DNA of 63,668 nucleotides, filler included, from Intoshia linei (lineage: Eukaryota; Animalia; Orthonectida): assembly GCA_001642005.1 (NCBI GenBank). It is 7 parts of 7 records of this genome, joined end to end, with 100 filler letters (N's around TTAATTAATTAA, not from the genome) between each part and the next. Parts side by side here need not be neighbours in the genome. Positions count along the whole stretch, not along the records: positions 37,796 to 48,163 come from LWCA01001275.1; positions 48,264 to 50,448 come from LWCA01002375.1; positions 50,549 to 52,150 come from LWCA01002552.1; positions 52,251 to 55,821 come from LWCA01002098.1; 3 more parts are not named here. One strand, 5' to 3'. The notes beneath the pieces are model-generated. The model was not told the origin of the DNA, searched no databases, and saw only the letters and a list, made by a program, of their open reading frames with translations. Every line of letters starts with the position of its first letter. Position 1 is the first letter of the stretch. Positions 38,101 through 52,449 of this stretch are shown piece after piece. The position numbers were made by a program, and so were the translations under genes.

Positions 38101-41100
38101 AAAATTATTGGTAATAATTCTTTAATTGAAATTTAATTCAATTAATACCTTTTATTATATTTCATAATTAAGTAAACTATTACATTTATTCACCCTTGTA
38201 TTGGTGTTTTTAACATTTTATAAAAAACATGATTAGTTTTTGTACTGAATTGAATATTGAAAATTTTTATCAATTAGAAATGATAATTTTTATAAAATTA
38301 TGAGAACTTTAAACATCGATATTGTTTTATTATCAGAACCCCTTAATTATTTGATTATCAATATAAATATAGCAATAATCACATTTTATTTAATTATTAT
38401 CATATTGATAGTTAAATATGTAGATGTGTATTATCGTATTGATTAAATGTGGCTATTAAATGAATCCTATTTCAATTTAAGCGACCGATTGTTGAGATCA
38501 TGCACTAATGTATAGATAGATTTAATAATTTAATAATAATAATTTAATGTGAATGACTAAATTTTTACCTAGTTGATCTTTAGCTAAATTCAAATATTAG
38601 AAGCATCAAGAATCTTGATTTAAGATACATTATTATATATAATCTATATAAGGGATGTCAGACTCAATTTGCTTGGTGGATCAAATGTGATAAAAAATAA
38701 TTAAGCGGACCGCATGAAAAAAAATCTTTACTCAAACCAGTATTAAACTAGCATTTTTAATTAATTAATAATAATTTTAATCAATAAAATTAAATATTAA
38801 GCAATAATAATGGAATAAGTGCATTAGGGTGTCACACCCATCAAAGAATCAAGGAAAATTAGCAGTAAAAGTGTGTATTTTTAAAATAGAAAAACTAAGT
38901 CGCAATCAAAAACATTTAACGCTATCGATTCAAGTTGCGTTTGATATTTTAAACGTCATTATAATAATATTATGGAGAAATTAAAACTAAACTTTATTAT
39001 AACGGAAATTGGCGTTTGAGCTTTTAAACGTGGTACCGACTTTATAATATTGTTCTTCATGTTTAGTTGTACAGTTTATTTTTTTAAATTTGTTTCGATT
39101 TTATTAACGATTTAATTTATTGAATTCTGGCTATTAACATTATTTAAATTTTATTCATAATATAATAAATATATTGCATAATATGACCATTTATAAGAGT
39201 AATTTCATACTTAGTATATGTGAAAAATTCTATTATAATTTATATATTATACATACATAATTTTTATCACTTAAAAAAGTTGAAAATACAAAATTAATTT
39301 AATTATTAAATAATTATGAATAAATTCAATGAGCGTTAATTATTAACTTAACTTAATAAGTATTAACAAGATGAAATTATGTCTTATATTTTATCTTTTT
39401 GTTGATAATAAAAATATCAATTATGTAATTTCACTCATTTGGAAAAAATTAATTAATTTTTAACTAATTATTTTAGTAATGTAATTAAAAAAACTGAAAA
39501 TAGTGTTTCTGTGCACCCAAAAATTGATTATCCACCCGTTTAAGAACCACTGTCTTAATGTATATGTCGTATAGAATGTGTAAAACTGTGAAATGCATTT
39601 CATGGATAAGTCGTAGAATGTGTATAATTTTTGATTTATATTTTAGTTTAATTTTGGGTTTAGAAATTTTTGTGAACCAAATTTTAAGGGGCGTTCCTTA
39701 TAAATTTTTTTTAAATCAAACTTTAAGGGGTTTTTAATATTTTTTTTGAACCTTAACTGTAAATTTAATGTGATAATAATGAGTTACACTGTGATATAAA
39801 ATATGTACAATATAAGGTGTACGCAATATTATTATTTTGGATTTAGCTATTATCATATTGTTTGTAATTATTATCATTGGAAAGTGAAATGTTATAGTTA
39901 TTGCCGTCTCGAAAAATATAAATATCGAAGAACTGTGCCATTTAAAATAGATTATTATTATCAAAGTTTCTTCTATGAACTTTTCATTTCATTATAATAA
40001 TAATGATTATTCTACAGTTTATTTACATTTTTATTATTATTTTTTTTGAAGAACATATCGACTAAAAAAAGTAATATATTCATATTTACATAAAATTTAA
40101 TTTCTGTTAATAAACAGTGTTATCTGTATATATTACTTAATATTCATTACAGTTCTAAAACACGATCCGAAGCATCATTCGTGGAAGTTCGTGTTCGGAT
40201 GATAATTTGGACCGTGTTGGTAAAGTGTGATATACAGTTCCTGACATAAGGTATGTAATATTCGACTACGATACCTTGTTATTACATATTAGTAGTGCAT
40301 TTAACCTCATTCTGGAGCGATGGTATCATTTTCAATTTGGTTAAATTTAGTAGTAATTAATTGAAAATGTGTAGATTTTTTCGATTAGGCTTCGAAACCT
40401 TAGGTAATATATACAATATATGTAAGCTAAAATTTGTAAAATATTTGATTTTTTTTTAGATTAATTATAAAAACAGTGTTTGTTAAGGCTAACAAAAAAT
40501 CTTATATCGGTTATACTGTACTTATACATATTTCACACGAAATCTGCATTTTCTACAATTATATATAAATAAGTAAGGTAATACTTTATTGAAATTTACT
40601 GATATCAAGTTCGTGAACTAGATTAATATTTAATAAATTGTTATTTACAGTGTGAATTTAATTATTTTCAATTGATTGACATAGAATTACTATCTTTGAA
40701 AATTTATATTAAAAAATATCTTACATTCCATTTTTAAAAATTCAATTTACTCCTATAATTTGTTATTTTATTATATCGAATTATATAGTGGAACAGGGGT
40801 TATTTTAAATGTATAGTTGTAAATGGAAATTGTGTTATTGTAAATTTGATTTTGTGTAGTTAAAAAAAATTATATATTATGTTATAATTCATTAATTCTA
40901 ATTTTAATCAATTATACAAATCAAGAACAATAGATGACACTTTTTGATTAGAAAAGTGAACTTTCTCTAAAAAGTTTCGTTCAAACAGTTTATTTTTAAA
41001 ATACATATTATTTTTAAGTATATCATATTTAATTATTTATCAGATGTTTTCTAATTTGTATTAATATTTTAAATTTATAATTATTGCGTGATTGGTCTGC

Positions 41101-42935
41101 CTATGATATTAATATACTGATTATTAAACATTGATATACTGAGTTATATTTACATCTAAAATATTAAATATAATATTTAGATATTAAAACAAGTTTGATT
41201 ATTTAATAAGAATTACCGACCATACTCGAACCGGAAAATATGTTTATAAATTAAAATAGAACTCTAAATAATATTTTACAAAAATTTTAAAGTATCACTA
41301 TTAATGATTCACTAATATCATTTATTTATGATTATAAAACTTAAAAAAATAAAAATAATTAATAAATACATTATTACTAGAGCCATTCAAACATTATATT
41401 CATATTATGCTGTAAAGCCGTTAAGCAACAACACAACGATTATAAAACTTTGAGGCATCAATGATGCCATAATTCAATTTGTAATGATGTAAACTTCTTT
41501 AAGAACACAATTAAAATGTTACGTAACTTAGTATTATGCTCTATGAATAGCTCTAATTATTACCATTTTAAACAATGAAAAAAATTCTAAGCCACCCGAC
41601 GATGGTTTTGGAGTATGGTAGCTTTGGCTTTGATAATACATATTTACTTCATATTCTACAAAAAAATTAATTTAAAAGTATTTATGATAACACGAGGCTT
41701 CAAATGAGTACTTTTAAAAAAACACTCACTAAACGACATTAGATCTTGTTTACGGTGACGAAATTATCAGAACGTGATATATTATCATTATTAGATACGT
41801 AATACATAATCTATCATCCGTATAGTTTTATTATAATATATATATAATATAATAGATAATAAAGTCAACATTGTTTATTTTAAATATTAAATAAAAACGT
41901 TTTTAAGGAATTGATGACACTAATAAATGGAAATGCATGTAAAAAAACATATATTGTTAAAATCAAAAATATTCACATTAAATTGATTATTTTTTATATG
42001 AAAAAAGTTGATATTATCAATATAATATATTGCTACATATTCTATGAGGAAATAATTACTGTTCAAAATCTACAATGACTTTTTATTATATAAATATAAA
42101 TTAATTAAAATTAAATATATTTAAATTTTCAAACTACATGTTGTATTTAACATATAGATAATACCATATCAAAATGATATGGTTTGTGAAAGGACCACGA
42201 TGACGACCCTCCATTCAATAATTTAATTGTAAGTGAATTTTATGGTAAAATATGAAATTATTAGCCAATCTGCATAAACGGTACTATCTATGGCAATTTA
42301 TAATATAGCAAATAATACGTACACTACTGATTCAGTAGTGCTGAAACCCATGAATTACCATCGTTAACTTGACCATATATTTTTATAAAATTTATAAAAA
42401 AATGGGAAAACTATTATCAAAAATCATCTTAAAATACCAAAAATCTGCGTTTTTAGATTTGGTAAATTAATTAAAAAATGATATTCAAATTAAAAAAGTT
42501 GCCATTGAATTGTTTAATCCAAAAAAGTGTATAGTTATCAAGTGATATGATTTGAATGTATAATACCGTGTTCGCCACACTCGGTTTACTAGTAGATAAA
42601 TATTTCTTAAACTTTTTTACTTTAGGGCAAATATGTGAAATACACAAAATTTTGGGCGCACCTTAAATTTTTAATAAAAAACACATTGATATTGGAAAAT
42701 GTGAAAAGATTAAAGACAATCCTTACTTATATAATATGCTACGCAATATTTTTTTGTGTTTGTGACCGTTTATTTCAATAACTACCAGTCTTAGAATTTT
42801 ATAAAGTCCACAATGACAAGTTGAAAATGACAAATTAGGTTTTTATAATTTTTGATTTTTTCTGGAATTTATGCTATTTATGACAATTTTTAGGATTGGA
42901 CTGTTTTTACTTTACTTTTAATATTATATACACAT

Positions 42936-43982
42936 TAGGGTGTTAACTTTTTGATCGAATTTTAGAAATTAAAAAATACAGGGCCGTAAGGTATGAGAAA
43001 TGCAATAAAAATAAAATCTGCGGTGTTTGTTTTTAATATTATTACAAAAACATCGGCCTGCTTTGCAATTTAAAAATACTCATAATATTTTGAACTGAAA
43101 TTTAATATTATTATATTATTGTTTATGATTATTATTAATTTCAAGTCAATTAACGGTGTAATTATCTAATTCACCGTCAATGCCTGTAACCGATCTAATT
43201 TTTGTATGCATTTGAAAGTATTTATGGTTCTGTCGTTACTTCACCCCGTACAGAATCTGAGAAATAGTATAAATGAATATATTTAATAGAAGTGAAAAGG
43301 TTGTTCTTTAGGAGTGAATTCTATGGTAGAACACCTAACAGTGAAAAAATATACATATGATGCAACACACTTTTTAAATGTATCATTATGATACAACTTG
43401 TATATGTCTAACAATTACGAATTTGGCTTCCTTAAAATTGCATCAACCTTATGTCCATGTTGTATAATTTCTGTGAGATTTTATATACGAATTACAGTTT
43501 TGTCAAAAATGTTGCTTTCCAAAGATATATTTAAGATTATATACATGATGCTAACCTATACTTCTGTCAACCTTTATTTACACATTTATTGAGGGTTCCT
43601 TTTATTTTACAGATAGAATATGGAAGACATGAAACATTACAACCTGATTAGAATCAAAATAATTATTATTTCTTCATTGAGCTGAATTTCATTAAGTGAT
43701 TTATGTTAATTATATTACGTTTATGTTATTTTGACACAAAAAAAAATTTTAGCAATTACTGATGAAATTTTGAATATAAAATAGAGAGAAAAAAATATTT
43801 TTTTGTCATTAATTGGGCCCATTTTAATTTTTTTCGCAGGCAGGTAAGATTGTTGTCATTAGAAATGACGATTTGAATAAATAATATTAAATATAATTAT
43901 AATAATACCACCGTTCTTAGAATTTTTTGTCTCATCGTGTATAACCCTGTATTTTTGTTCTTAGAAAAAAGTTAACACCCTA
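42936..43982. mobile_element. hATm-like non-autonomous element nested in another repeat
   Basis: TIR TAGGGTGTTAACTTTTT...AAAAAGTTAACACCCTA and perfect 8-bp TSD ATACACAT. An inverted partial copy lies at ~47395-47500. Confidence 0.85.
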
Positions 43983-44600
43983 ATACACATTCTGTCTTAT
44001 AAATTTAAAAAATGGGATAACAATTGTTTTTAAAATTCTTTACGCAAATGTTAACAAAAAAATTAAGATGGAATAAACACTTTAAAGTAAAAAGTAATGT
44101 GATATGAAGTGGTTTCACCTGAACAAAATTTGGGACCACTCTTTTAAAAAATTGATAATAGTGAATAGTAGGATTTTTAAGTTAGATTTTCAACATGAAT
44201 TAATTTTTTTGGTAGAATAAAAATGCCCTCGGCAGAGCTAGATGCTGTTTGTACTGTATGTACGGAGTACATAACAGTCAATCTAGTAAATTATAAAATA
44301 ATTATAATAAAAAATAGTTATTAACATTTGTAAAAATTACATTATTATATTAGTATTTTATTGTTATATTAATGGGAGATCTGTGCTTGGTGTTATTTGG
44401 ATATTTTATATGCTGTGCATCTGATCACTACTCATGGCGAACCGGTTAAGAATCACTAAACTAGAGTAACGCTAAATTTATTTGGCATGGGATTAACGGG
44501 GTTAATCAACGATAATTAAGACAATAATTCATTAATCAACGGGGTAAAACGGATTTATCTAATATATTCATTATAAATAACAATATATTAATGAGTAAAG

Positions 44601-44887
44601 TAGGGGTCAGCAACCTTTTGCGTCTCGTGGGCTACTTTGGTTTATGAAAATATTCTACGGGTCTCGTTTTTGTAAATTTAGACATGATAAATTCTATTTT
44701 AACTGAATAGAAACGGTTCTAGCGTATTGAACAAAATAATATTCAGGCAATCTGAAAATTAATAATTAAAATGGGCCAATTATGGTAAAAAAGTGTTTAA
44801 AAGTTGTAAAATTTAAAAATAAATAATGTACATATTTACTCAAAAGGCCACAAAATTATTCTGTGAGCCACTGGTTGCCGACCCCGT
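44601..44887. mobile_element. hAT-type MITE
   Basis: TAGGGGTCAGCAACC...GGTTGCCGACCCC; TSD imperfect (GAGTAAAG / GTGTAAAA). Confidence 0.6.
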
Positions 44888-47090
44888 GTGTAAAATAATA
44901 TTATTATTAAAGATATATGATTGTTTAATTAAAAATATTGTTAATTACCAATCATTATTATGATTATAATCAGAATATTATTTTTCAATTATCAAAAAGT
45001 GCACGTCAACTTATTTTGAAATTACCATTGGATTTATATATACATGTATTTTAATTATAGCTTTATTACAATTTTCGAACAGGGGAAATTAAATTAAAGC
45101 AGCATAGAGGGATTACAGTATTTTATTTATTTTGAAGAATATAATGCAATACTTACATTTTTTAATGTATTTATGATTATGAATCCAATAAAAAAGTTAT
45201 AGTTATACTCAGTTAAGATTCTAAACATAATTAATTCATATGAAACAATGTCACATTTAGTGTTTCAATTTTACCGACTTTTTCATTACCGGTAATTATT
45301 ATTTAAGAATAGCTTACATCATATTTAATAAAATAAGGTATAATGAACAATTTAATTATTTACTTAAGAATGAGAATAGATAAAAACAATGTCACATACA
45401 ATTTTTCATCATAAATTCACAATAAAAATTTTCACCAATAGTTCTGAATCAAAATAAACATTAATGTGAGTCACACCATGGACGTTAAAAAATTGTATCG
45501 AATCGTCAAAATCATCAACATTTTTTATTTTTTCACTTTGAAATTAAAAATCCAAAGAATTCAATTTCAGTGGAAGTTAGAATACTTTCTACGACGAAAC
45601 TTTAAAACAAAAATATAATAAAAAGTTTATTCAGTCTTTCAGTTGCAAAATAGGATTTAAAAAAATATTCCATCCAAATTATCAAAAGAAAATATTAATT
45701 CACATTTAATTATTACTTTCAACGAGTGTAGAATGACTTAATGGACGATTATTAAAAATTCATATATAAGATTGATATAATTATTTGCAACATTAACTCT
45801 ACATCAGTATTTCAAAACCGTTAGTGCACAATAAGAGTTTTATTATAATTATAAAATAATTTTTAAATTAACGATAACCCAAAATAATTATCGGTAATAA
45901 TTTATCGATATTGAAACTCTAATCATATTCCATGTGGGTTTTAATGTTTGATAATTATTGGATAAAATAGTTCATAAACATTTGTTAGTGAAAATTTTAA
46001 TTGTATATAATACAAATTTAATAAGATAGTAATACATAAATAGGCATATTTACTATTCAATGGCATATTTTGATCATTATCTAAAAATTGATAAAATGTT
46101 ATTTATATACAAATTATATTATACATATATTCATTAAGGCAGTATTTCCCAACCTTGGGGCCAGGTCCCACTGGTGGGTGTGATGAAAATTTTGGTAGGA
46201 CATTTGAAAATTGGTGGGACCTGGAAAATATTACGAATAATGAAAACTTTAGATTAATGTATTATTATTAAATTTTTATATATAAAATATTTCATTTATT
46301 AATTATAGTCTTTCCTTTTGGTTAAACATATCCTATGTTACAGAATTAACAAAAAAAACTATTAAATCATTTAAAAATATTTTTAATATACGTTTTGAAG
46401 ATATCAAAGTTATGAATTTTCCGAGTTATTTAATAGAATAACCAATAGTGGGAGAGCTTATTTAAGTTTTCTGAGTTATTTAATAAACTAATCAATGTCA
46501 GTGAGAGAGTTTACTTTTGATTTGATGAGTTATTAGCTATTATGCTCGGAAAAATATTTATACTTTATCAACTGAATTTAAAATTTGTACCTGTTAATAT
46601 TTGTTGATATATTTAATATTTAATATATGTAATTACTATATGCATGGAGAAATGCTATATTAATTATTACAAATGAAATTTATAAGTTATGAATAATTTA
46701 AATGTTTTGAATACTTGAAGCTAAAAATACAAATAAGTAAAAACTGTATTGTAATATAATTAGATTAAATCTGAACCATTTCCTTATGATCAATTTAAAA
46801 ATATTTATTTTTGAAATGATTAACTTTGAAAAAATATATTAATTGTAAAGATAGACACATAAACATCAAAAACTAAAAATTTTGAAACAGTGGGATAATT
46901 ATTAATCAATTATTGTATATTAATACATTGTATATGCAATTATTACATATTCATAATGTATAAATAGTATGTTTTTACAAAAATGTGCGTTTATATTAAA
47001 ATTTACAAGCCAATTTTGATTAAATTATGTTTGCTTGTTTAAACAAATTTGAGTGTTTTAAATAGCCACCGATAGTAGTTATAGAGTTAA

Positions 47091-47613
47091 CCCTTTCACT
47101 GTCTGTGTATTCTATATCAGGGATTCTCAAACTAGAGGTCGAGACCCCAAATGGGGTCGCAAGAAAGTTTATTAACATTGTTGTTTTTTTAACATAAAGT
47201 AAACATAAACTTTGTAACATAAAGTAAAAAATATAAATTTGGCTAATAAAACAAAAAAAGAAGATAAAAAATGACACTGTTAATTCGACTTGAAATTAAT
47301 AATAATCATAAAAAATAATATAATGATAATAAATTTCAGTTCAAAATATTATGGGTATTTTTAAATTGCAGAGCAAGCCGATGTTTCTGTAGTAATATTA
47401 AAAACAAACACCGCAGATGTTATTTTTATTGCATTTCTCATACCGTACGCCCCTGTATTTTTTTAATTTTTAAAATTCGATCAAAAAGTTAACATCCTAT
47501 TATACACAGCATAATTTTGAATAAGTTTATTCTTTTATTTTCATACATTTTCATAACTAATTTAAAAATTATACAAATTTAAATTCAAACATATAGTCCA
47601 GACAGTGAAAAGG
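47091..47613. mobile_element. piggyBac-like MITE carrying nested hAT fragments
   Basis: TTAA|CCCTTTCACTGTCTG...CAGACAGTGAAAAGG|TTGA. A related left end occurs at ~62698. Confidence 0.6.
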
Positions 47614-47677
47614 TTGATGTGGTAGATGATACTTTGGTAGTGTATTTTATAATATTACGTTTATTCCTCATATTATA

Positions 47678-48163
47678 CAGTGCCGTGCAAACTAAACTGG
47701 CACTTGATAAAAAATATTACTTCTTCATAAACTATGATTAAATTCGAAAACATTAAATAATATTTAAAATATAAAAATAAAAATTACTCGTACATCCAAA
47801 TAAGGAGATTTATTTAAGTGAATACTGTAATTGATGCACAATTTTTTAATTGAAATACAGGCAATTTAAAAATGATAATGAAGATATTAAATTAAAACAG
47901 TCGTGCAAAATAAACTGGCATGTCAATTTAAATTTAATTAAATTGTTAATAAATTTTAAAATAATCTTCAAATTGTAACTAAATTTTAAATGGCGATAAT
48001 TAACAAAATTATAAAACATGACATTGAAAAATATTTCGAAAGCGGTATGAACCAATCTGAAATTTCGAGGAAAACCGGGGTTTGCAGATCAAGCGTTCAA
48101 AATGTTCTTAAAAAATTTAAAAATGGAGATGGAATTGAACGAAAAGTTGGTGCAGGTAGGAAA
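47678..48163 (+). mobile_element. Tc1 left end and transposase N-terminus, truncated by gap
   Basis: TA|CAGTGCCGTGCAAACTAAACTGGCA with an inner direct repeat at ~47898. ORF 47990 gives HTH GMNQSEISRKTGVCRSSVQNVLKKFK...GAGRK. Confidence 0.85.
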
Positions 48164-48910
48164 NNNNNNNNNNNNNNNNNNNNNNNNNNNNNNNNNNNNN
48201 NNNNNNNTTAATTAATTAANNNNNNNNNNNNNNNNNNNNNNNNNNNNNNNNNNNNNNNNNNNNTTTCAAATATTCTTTTTGAGTATAAATTAATTTATCT
48301 ATATTATCAATCACAAACTGAAATCACGAGATATGATAAATTGGAATTCAACTTTTTGTCGAATGAATCTTTCGATAATACAATATGGAAATTAAGAGAT
48401 TCCAAAATTCTCAAAACGTTCAACTGTGAGAATTATACACGTAGAAATAATAACTGCATTTACAAAGTACGTTTAATAACGACACTAACCTCGACTATAT
48501 CATATGAATGTAATAATGACATAAATTAATTAAATATATTTCGTAGTTGATTTAATTGTACTTTTATTTTCGAAACAGACAAATTGTAAATAAAACTACT
48601 TAATTTTCTCATTACATAAAAATTTCCTCGATTTGTAAACATTTTCAACATGTTAATTTTGTGTTTAACCCATTGGACTAACCCGATTGTCAGACTTTTA
48701 AATTAAATATAAAATCCTAAATAGATTTTATTTTAATTAATGAGAGTTATATATGATAATATTTGATCGTAAATCTACAGACCCAAGTTAAAACTGAAAT
48801 AATAAGATATCATATTTTATCTACAAACCATATTACAAAAAAATTAGAAATATTCTATGGTATTACACCAGAGAATATTTTTTTATCCAATTCAATTATA
48901 GATTCTAATA

Positions 48911-49520
48911 CAGTGGAATCTTGATAATACATACAGCTAAATTGCACAATTATTTATGCAATTTTTTATTACTAAGACAATTTAAAAATGAAAAAGTAAT
49001 AAAGTAAATATAACGCAGTCTTTAAATTCTTTAAACACGAGAACGATACTTTTTAAAATCTAAAAAAACAAAATGAATTATACGATGAAATGAAAATTAA
49101 TCAGTATGTTTGAAAAAATTGATATTATGAAGAGGTTAGAAGGCAAATAATACACAGTGGTAATAAATAAATAAATGATATAACTAATGCAGGTGGCAGC
49201 TGAACTTGCTATGCCCAGACAGACAATTGTCACAATAGCTCGACAAAAACAACAAATTCTGCAACGAAGTGACGATAGTAAAAAATCTTTGAAAATCAGA
49301 AAAACCTTAAAGAAAGAGACAAACGACCAGATGGATAAGGAAATTTTTATACATTTTCTTAAAAGAAGAGAATCCAAGCTTTCTATCTTTGGTTGCATGT
49401 TGCAGAATTATGGACGACAATACCTACAGAAAAATTATCCTACGAGTAAATTGAAATGTAGCTACGGACCGTAACGCTACGGTTGGTTGAAAAACTTTAA
49501 AGAGATTTGCAATTTCAAGA
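48911..49520 (+). mobile_element. pogo/Tigger transposase 5' fragment (psq-HTH + CENP-B HTH), degenerate
   Basis: TA|CAGTGGAATCTTGATAA terminus. Reads SMFEKIDIMKRLEG*..|VAAELAMPRQTIVTI, ..G.MLQ..KCSYG(WLKNFK), with a 33-nt intron at 49160-49192. Confidence 0.7.
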
Positions 49521-50289
49521 AAATATAAATTAAGCTTTAAAAAACGTTGAATCATTGATTGTCTTGTCTAGTAAAATTGATATGGACTCAGAGTTGGATT
49601 TTTTAGAAAAATACAAAAAGAATTACAAGACCAAGTCTAAATATTTGTAGATTAAATTTATTTTTAAAACTTTCTGATCATAGTCGTTTAATTAACTTAT
49701 ATCACCATCATTTAATATATAATAGTATACTACAGGGGTGTCAGACTCAATTTGCTAGTCAGGCCAAATGTGACACAAAAAAATATCTTCACTCAACTAA
49801 TCATTAAATTAATTACATTATTACAGTTTTAATTAATTAAGAAATCTAATAGACGGTATAAATAAAGAAATGGGTTAACAATTTTGCTATAATTGAACCC
49901 TGGTATACTACAGTATGATTATAAAATTATAGATTTTTAATTTTTTTAAATAACGAATAAATTAACGCGGCAATATTCTTTTTTATAAACATTATTTTAA
50001 TAAATTGCGGTGCTTTTCGTATGTTCTGTATAAACTGTGACCTTTTCATATTTTTAAGAAATAAGTAGTTTTTTGAAAAATAAAATTAATAAATTATAGC
50101 ATATTTTACTCTATATCAATTCAATGTGAAGTTTTTATATTATCTTGAAATATACAGTGTATTTATATTTGTTTTTGCACTTTATTGAAAAATATTATAA
50201 AATACATTTATTGTAAACTAAAAACTAGAATTGAAGAATAACGTTAATAAATAATTTAATTTACAATTTTAGTCCGTAATTTGAACTAA

Positions 50290-50448
50290 TAAAATTGACC
50301 TTCATATGTACCTTTTCATGTTTCTCCAATAGCCATCACAATCGCTTTAAGTAATTGTTGAAAAACCATTTTGGATACTTTCGAAAAGTTGTGCCAGTAG
50401 TGTTTCTATTTCTACAAACTGATTCTTTCCATTTACTAAATACGTTCT
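50290..50448 (-). mobile_element. IS630/Tc1-type transposase C-terminal remnant
   Basis: NVFSKWKESV then, frameshifted, LFESIQNGFSTIT*SDCDGYWRNMKRYI; abuts a gap. Confidence 0.5.
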
Positions 50449-51255
50449 NNNNNNNNNNNNNNNNNNNNNNNNNNNNNNNNNNNNNNNNNNNNTTAATTAA
50501 TTAANNNNNNNNNNNNNNNNNNNNNNNNNNNNNNNNNNNNNNNNNNNNGCATTACGTAAATGCTTATCTAAATAAATCTCTACTAACGAAACTTGACTGT
50601 ATTAGAATTTATAATTGAATTGGATAAAAAAATATTCTCTGGTGTAATATAGTTTGTAGGTATAATATTGTATCTTAATATTTTAGTTTTAACTTGGGTC
50701 TGTTTATCTACGATCATTTGAACGGACACGGAACCATCATATCATATTACTTTTTACTTTAAAGTGAATTATTCCATCTTAATTTTGTTAACACTTGTGT
50801 AAAGAATTTTATAAACAATTATCCCATTTTTTTAATGTATTAGACAGAATGTGTTGTATAATTTTAAAAATAAAGAAAAAACAGTACAATCCTAAAAATT
50901 GTCATAAATTCCAAAAACCTATTATTATTTTCAATCTGATAATATATATTCAGTATCTGCTTTGATGACTAAAAAATATAAATTTTGAATCAATAATTAA
51001 GGGAATCAGCGCTTTAGAAATATATTTCAGATGAATTTTACCAATATTGCAAGGATTGTAATAAATATAAAAATAATAATAACAAAGTTGTATTACTTTT
51101 AGTTTCGTTGTTGTTGTTTAAGTTTGTTAATTTAAAACAAAATGTTTTGAAAATGAGAATTTAAAAATTGCGTTGCAATGAAAAAAAATCCGAAGGAATC
51201 ATTAATATATAGATAATATAGGATGATTTGTAGAGTTTTGCATTTTAAGTCAAGT

Positions 51256-52150
51256 TTACAATAACTTTATTATATCAATATACAAATCTAGTCTTGGATA
51301 CCATATCTTTTCCATTACTAAAAGAAGGTTATGGTTATTTAAATAAGACGGCAATTTTTTGATTCTTTTTGTATTGATTTCATTTGAAATTGTTTGTGGA
51401 AAGTCATCACCAGCAATGTCTTCATTCATTAACCAATCTTCATTGTTTATTGCAATTTTGTTACTCTTAGTTAACCTGGCACCATTCCAAATGGTATTGT
51501 CATATAATTTATACACACCAAGTCTAACTAAACTTACAATTTGTAAGGGGTTAGATAAATTGAATCCTTTAACAGATGGTTTAATTGTTCTCACCCAATC
51601 ATTAATTATTAATTATGTTTTATCATTTTTTATAACTTTTTCCTGCCATTTTATAACGTTAGTTCGTGCTGTCTTGTCAGCTTCTGAGGTAGACATACTA
51701 TTTTCATTCAATCGTAGTTAGTGGAATTTTTATGTTTCGGCCATGAATCATTTGAGATGGCGAAACCCCAGTTGTGGAATGATCTGTGGCTCTATAAACC
51801 ATCAGAAAATTATTGATCACTGACCTTTCATCTTTACTTTCCATCTATCCAATCCTCAACCTTTCCTTTATTGTCTTATTTAAACGTTTTGTCAATCCGT
51901 TGGACTGAGGATGATAATTTGAAGTATAAACTGATTGTATTCCATTTTGATTCAAAAATTAACTCCATAATTCAGATTTGAACTGAGGTCCATTATCTGA
52001 AATAATATTGTTTAGTATACCCTCACGAGAAAAAACTTTTTCCATTACACGTATTATATTGATTGTGGATGTTTCCGGTAATAAATAAAATGCAGGCCAT
52101 TTAGAGTAATGATCCACGATCGTTAGCCCATATCTCGTTTCTTCAGGGAC
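51256..52150 (-). mobile_element. Ty3/gypsy integrase remnant
   Basis: IVDHYSKWP, SDNGPQF, YHPQSNG, YRATDHSTTGVSPSQMIHGR, with stops and frameshifts. Confidence 0.85.
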
Positions 52151-52449
52151 NNNNNNNNNNNNNNNNNNNNNNNNNNNNNNNNNNNNNNNNNNNNTTAATT
52201 AATTAANNNNNNNNNNNNNNNNNNNNNNNNNNNNNNNNNNNNNNNNNNNNAAAGGATTGTAATATAAAGATGATTAATGTTAAAAATGTGTCCATAATTT
52301 TGGCATTTTTTCTTGTGAATGTTATTTTTCTTTATACCATTTGATGTTAAATTAATAATAATTATCAATAAAAAAAAATAACGTTTCAGATAATAAAAAT
52401 TTAATTTTATAAATTCGTTGCTGTAGTGTTAAAATTTGAAGATTATAAA

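Noticed and set aside
39803-39997. Tyr-rich 64-aa ORF and a GPCR-TM1-like hydrophobic frame
   Set aside because: Produced by ATT/TAT low-complexity sequence; the hydrophobic frame has an in-frame stop and no further TM exons were found.
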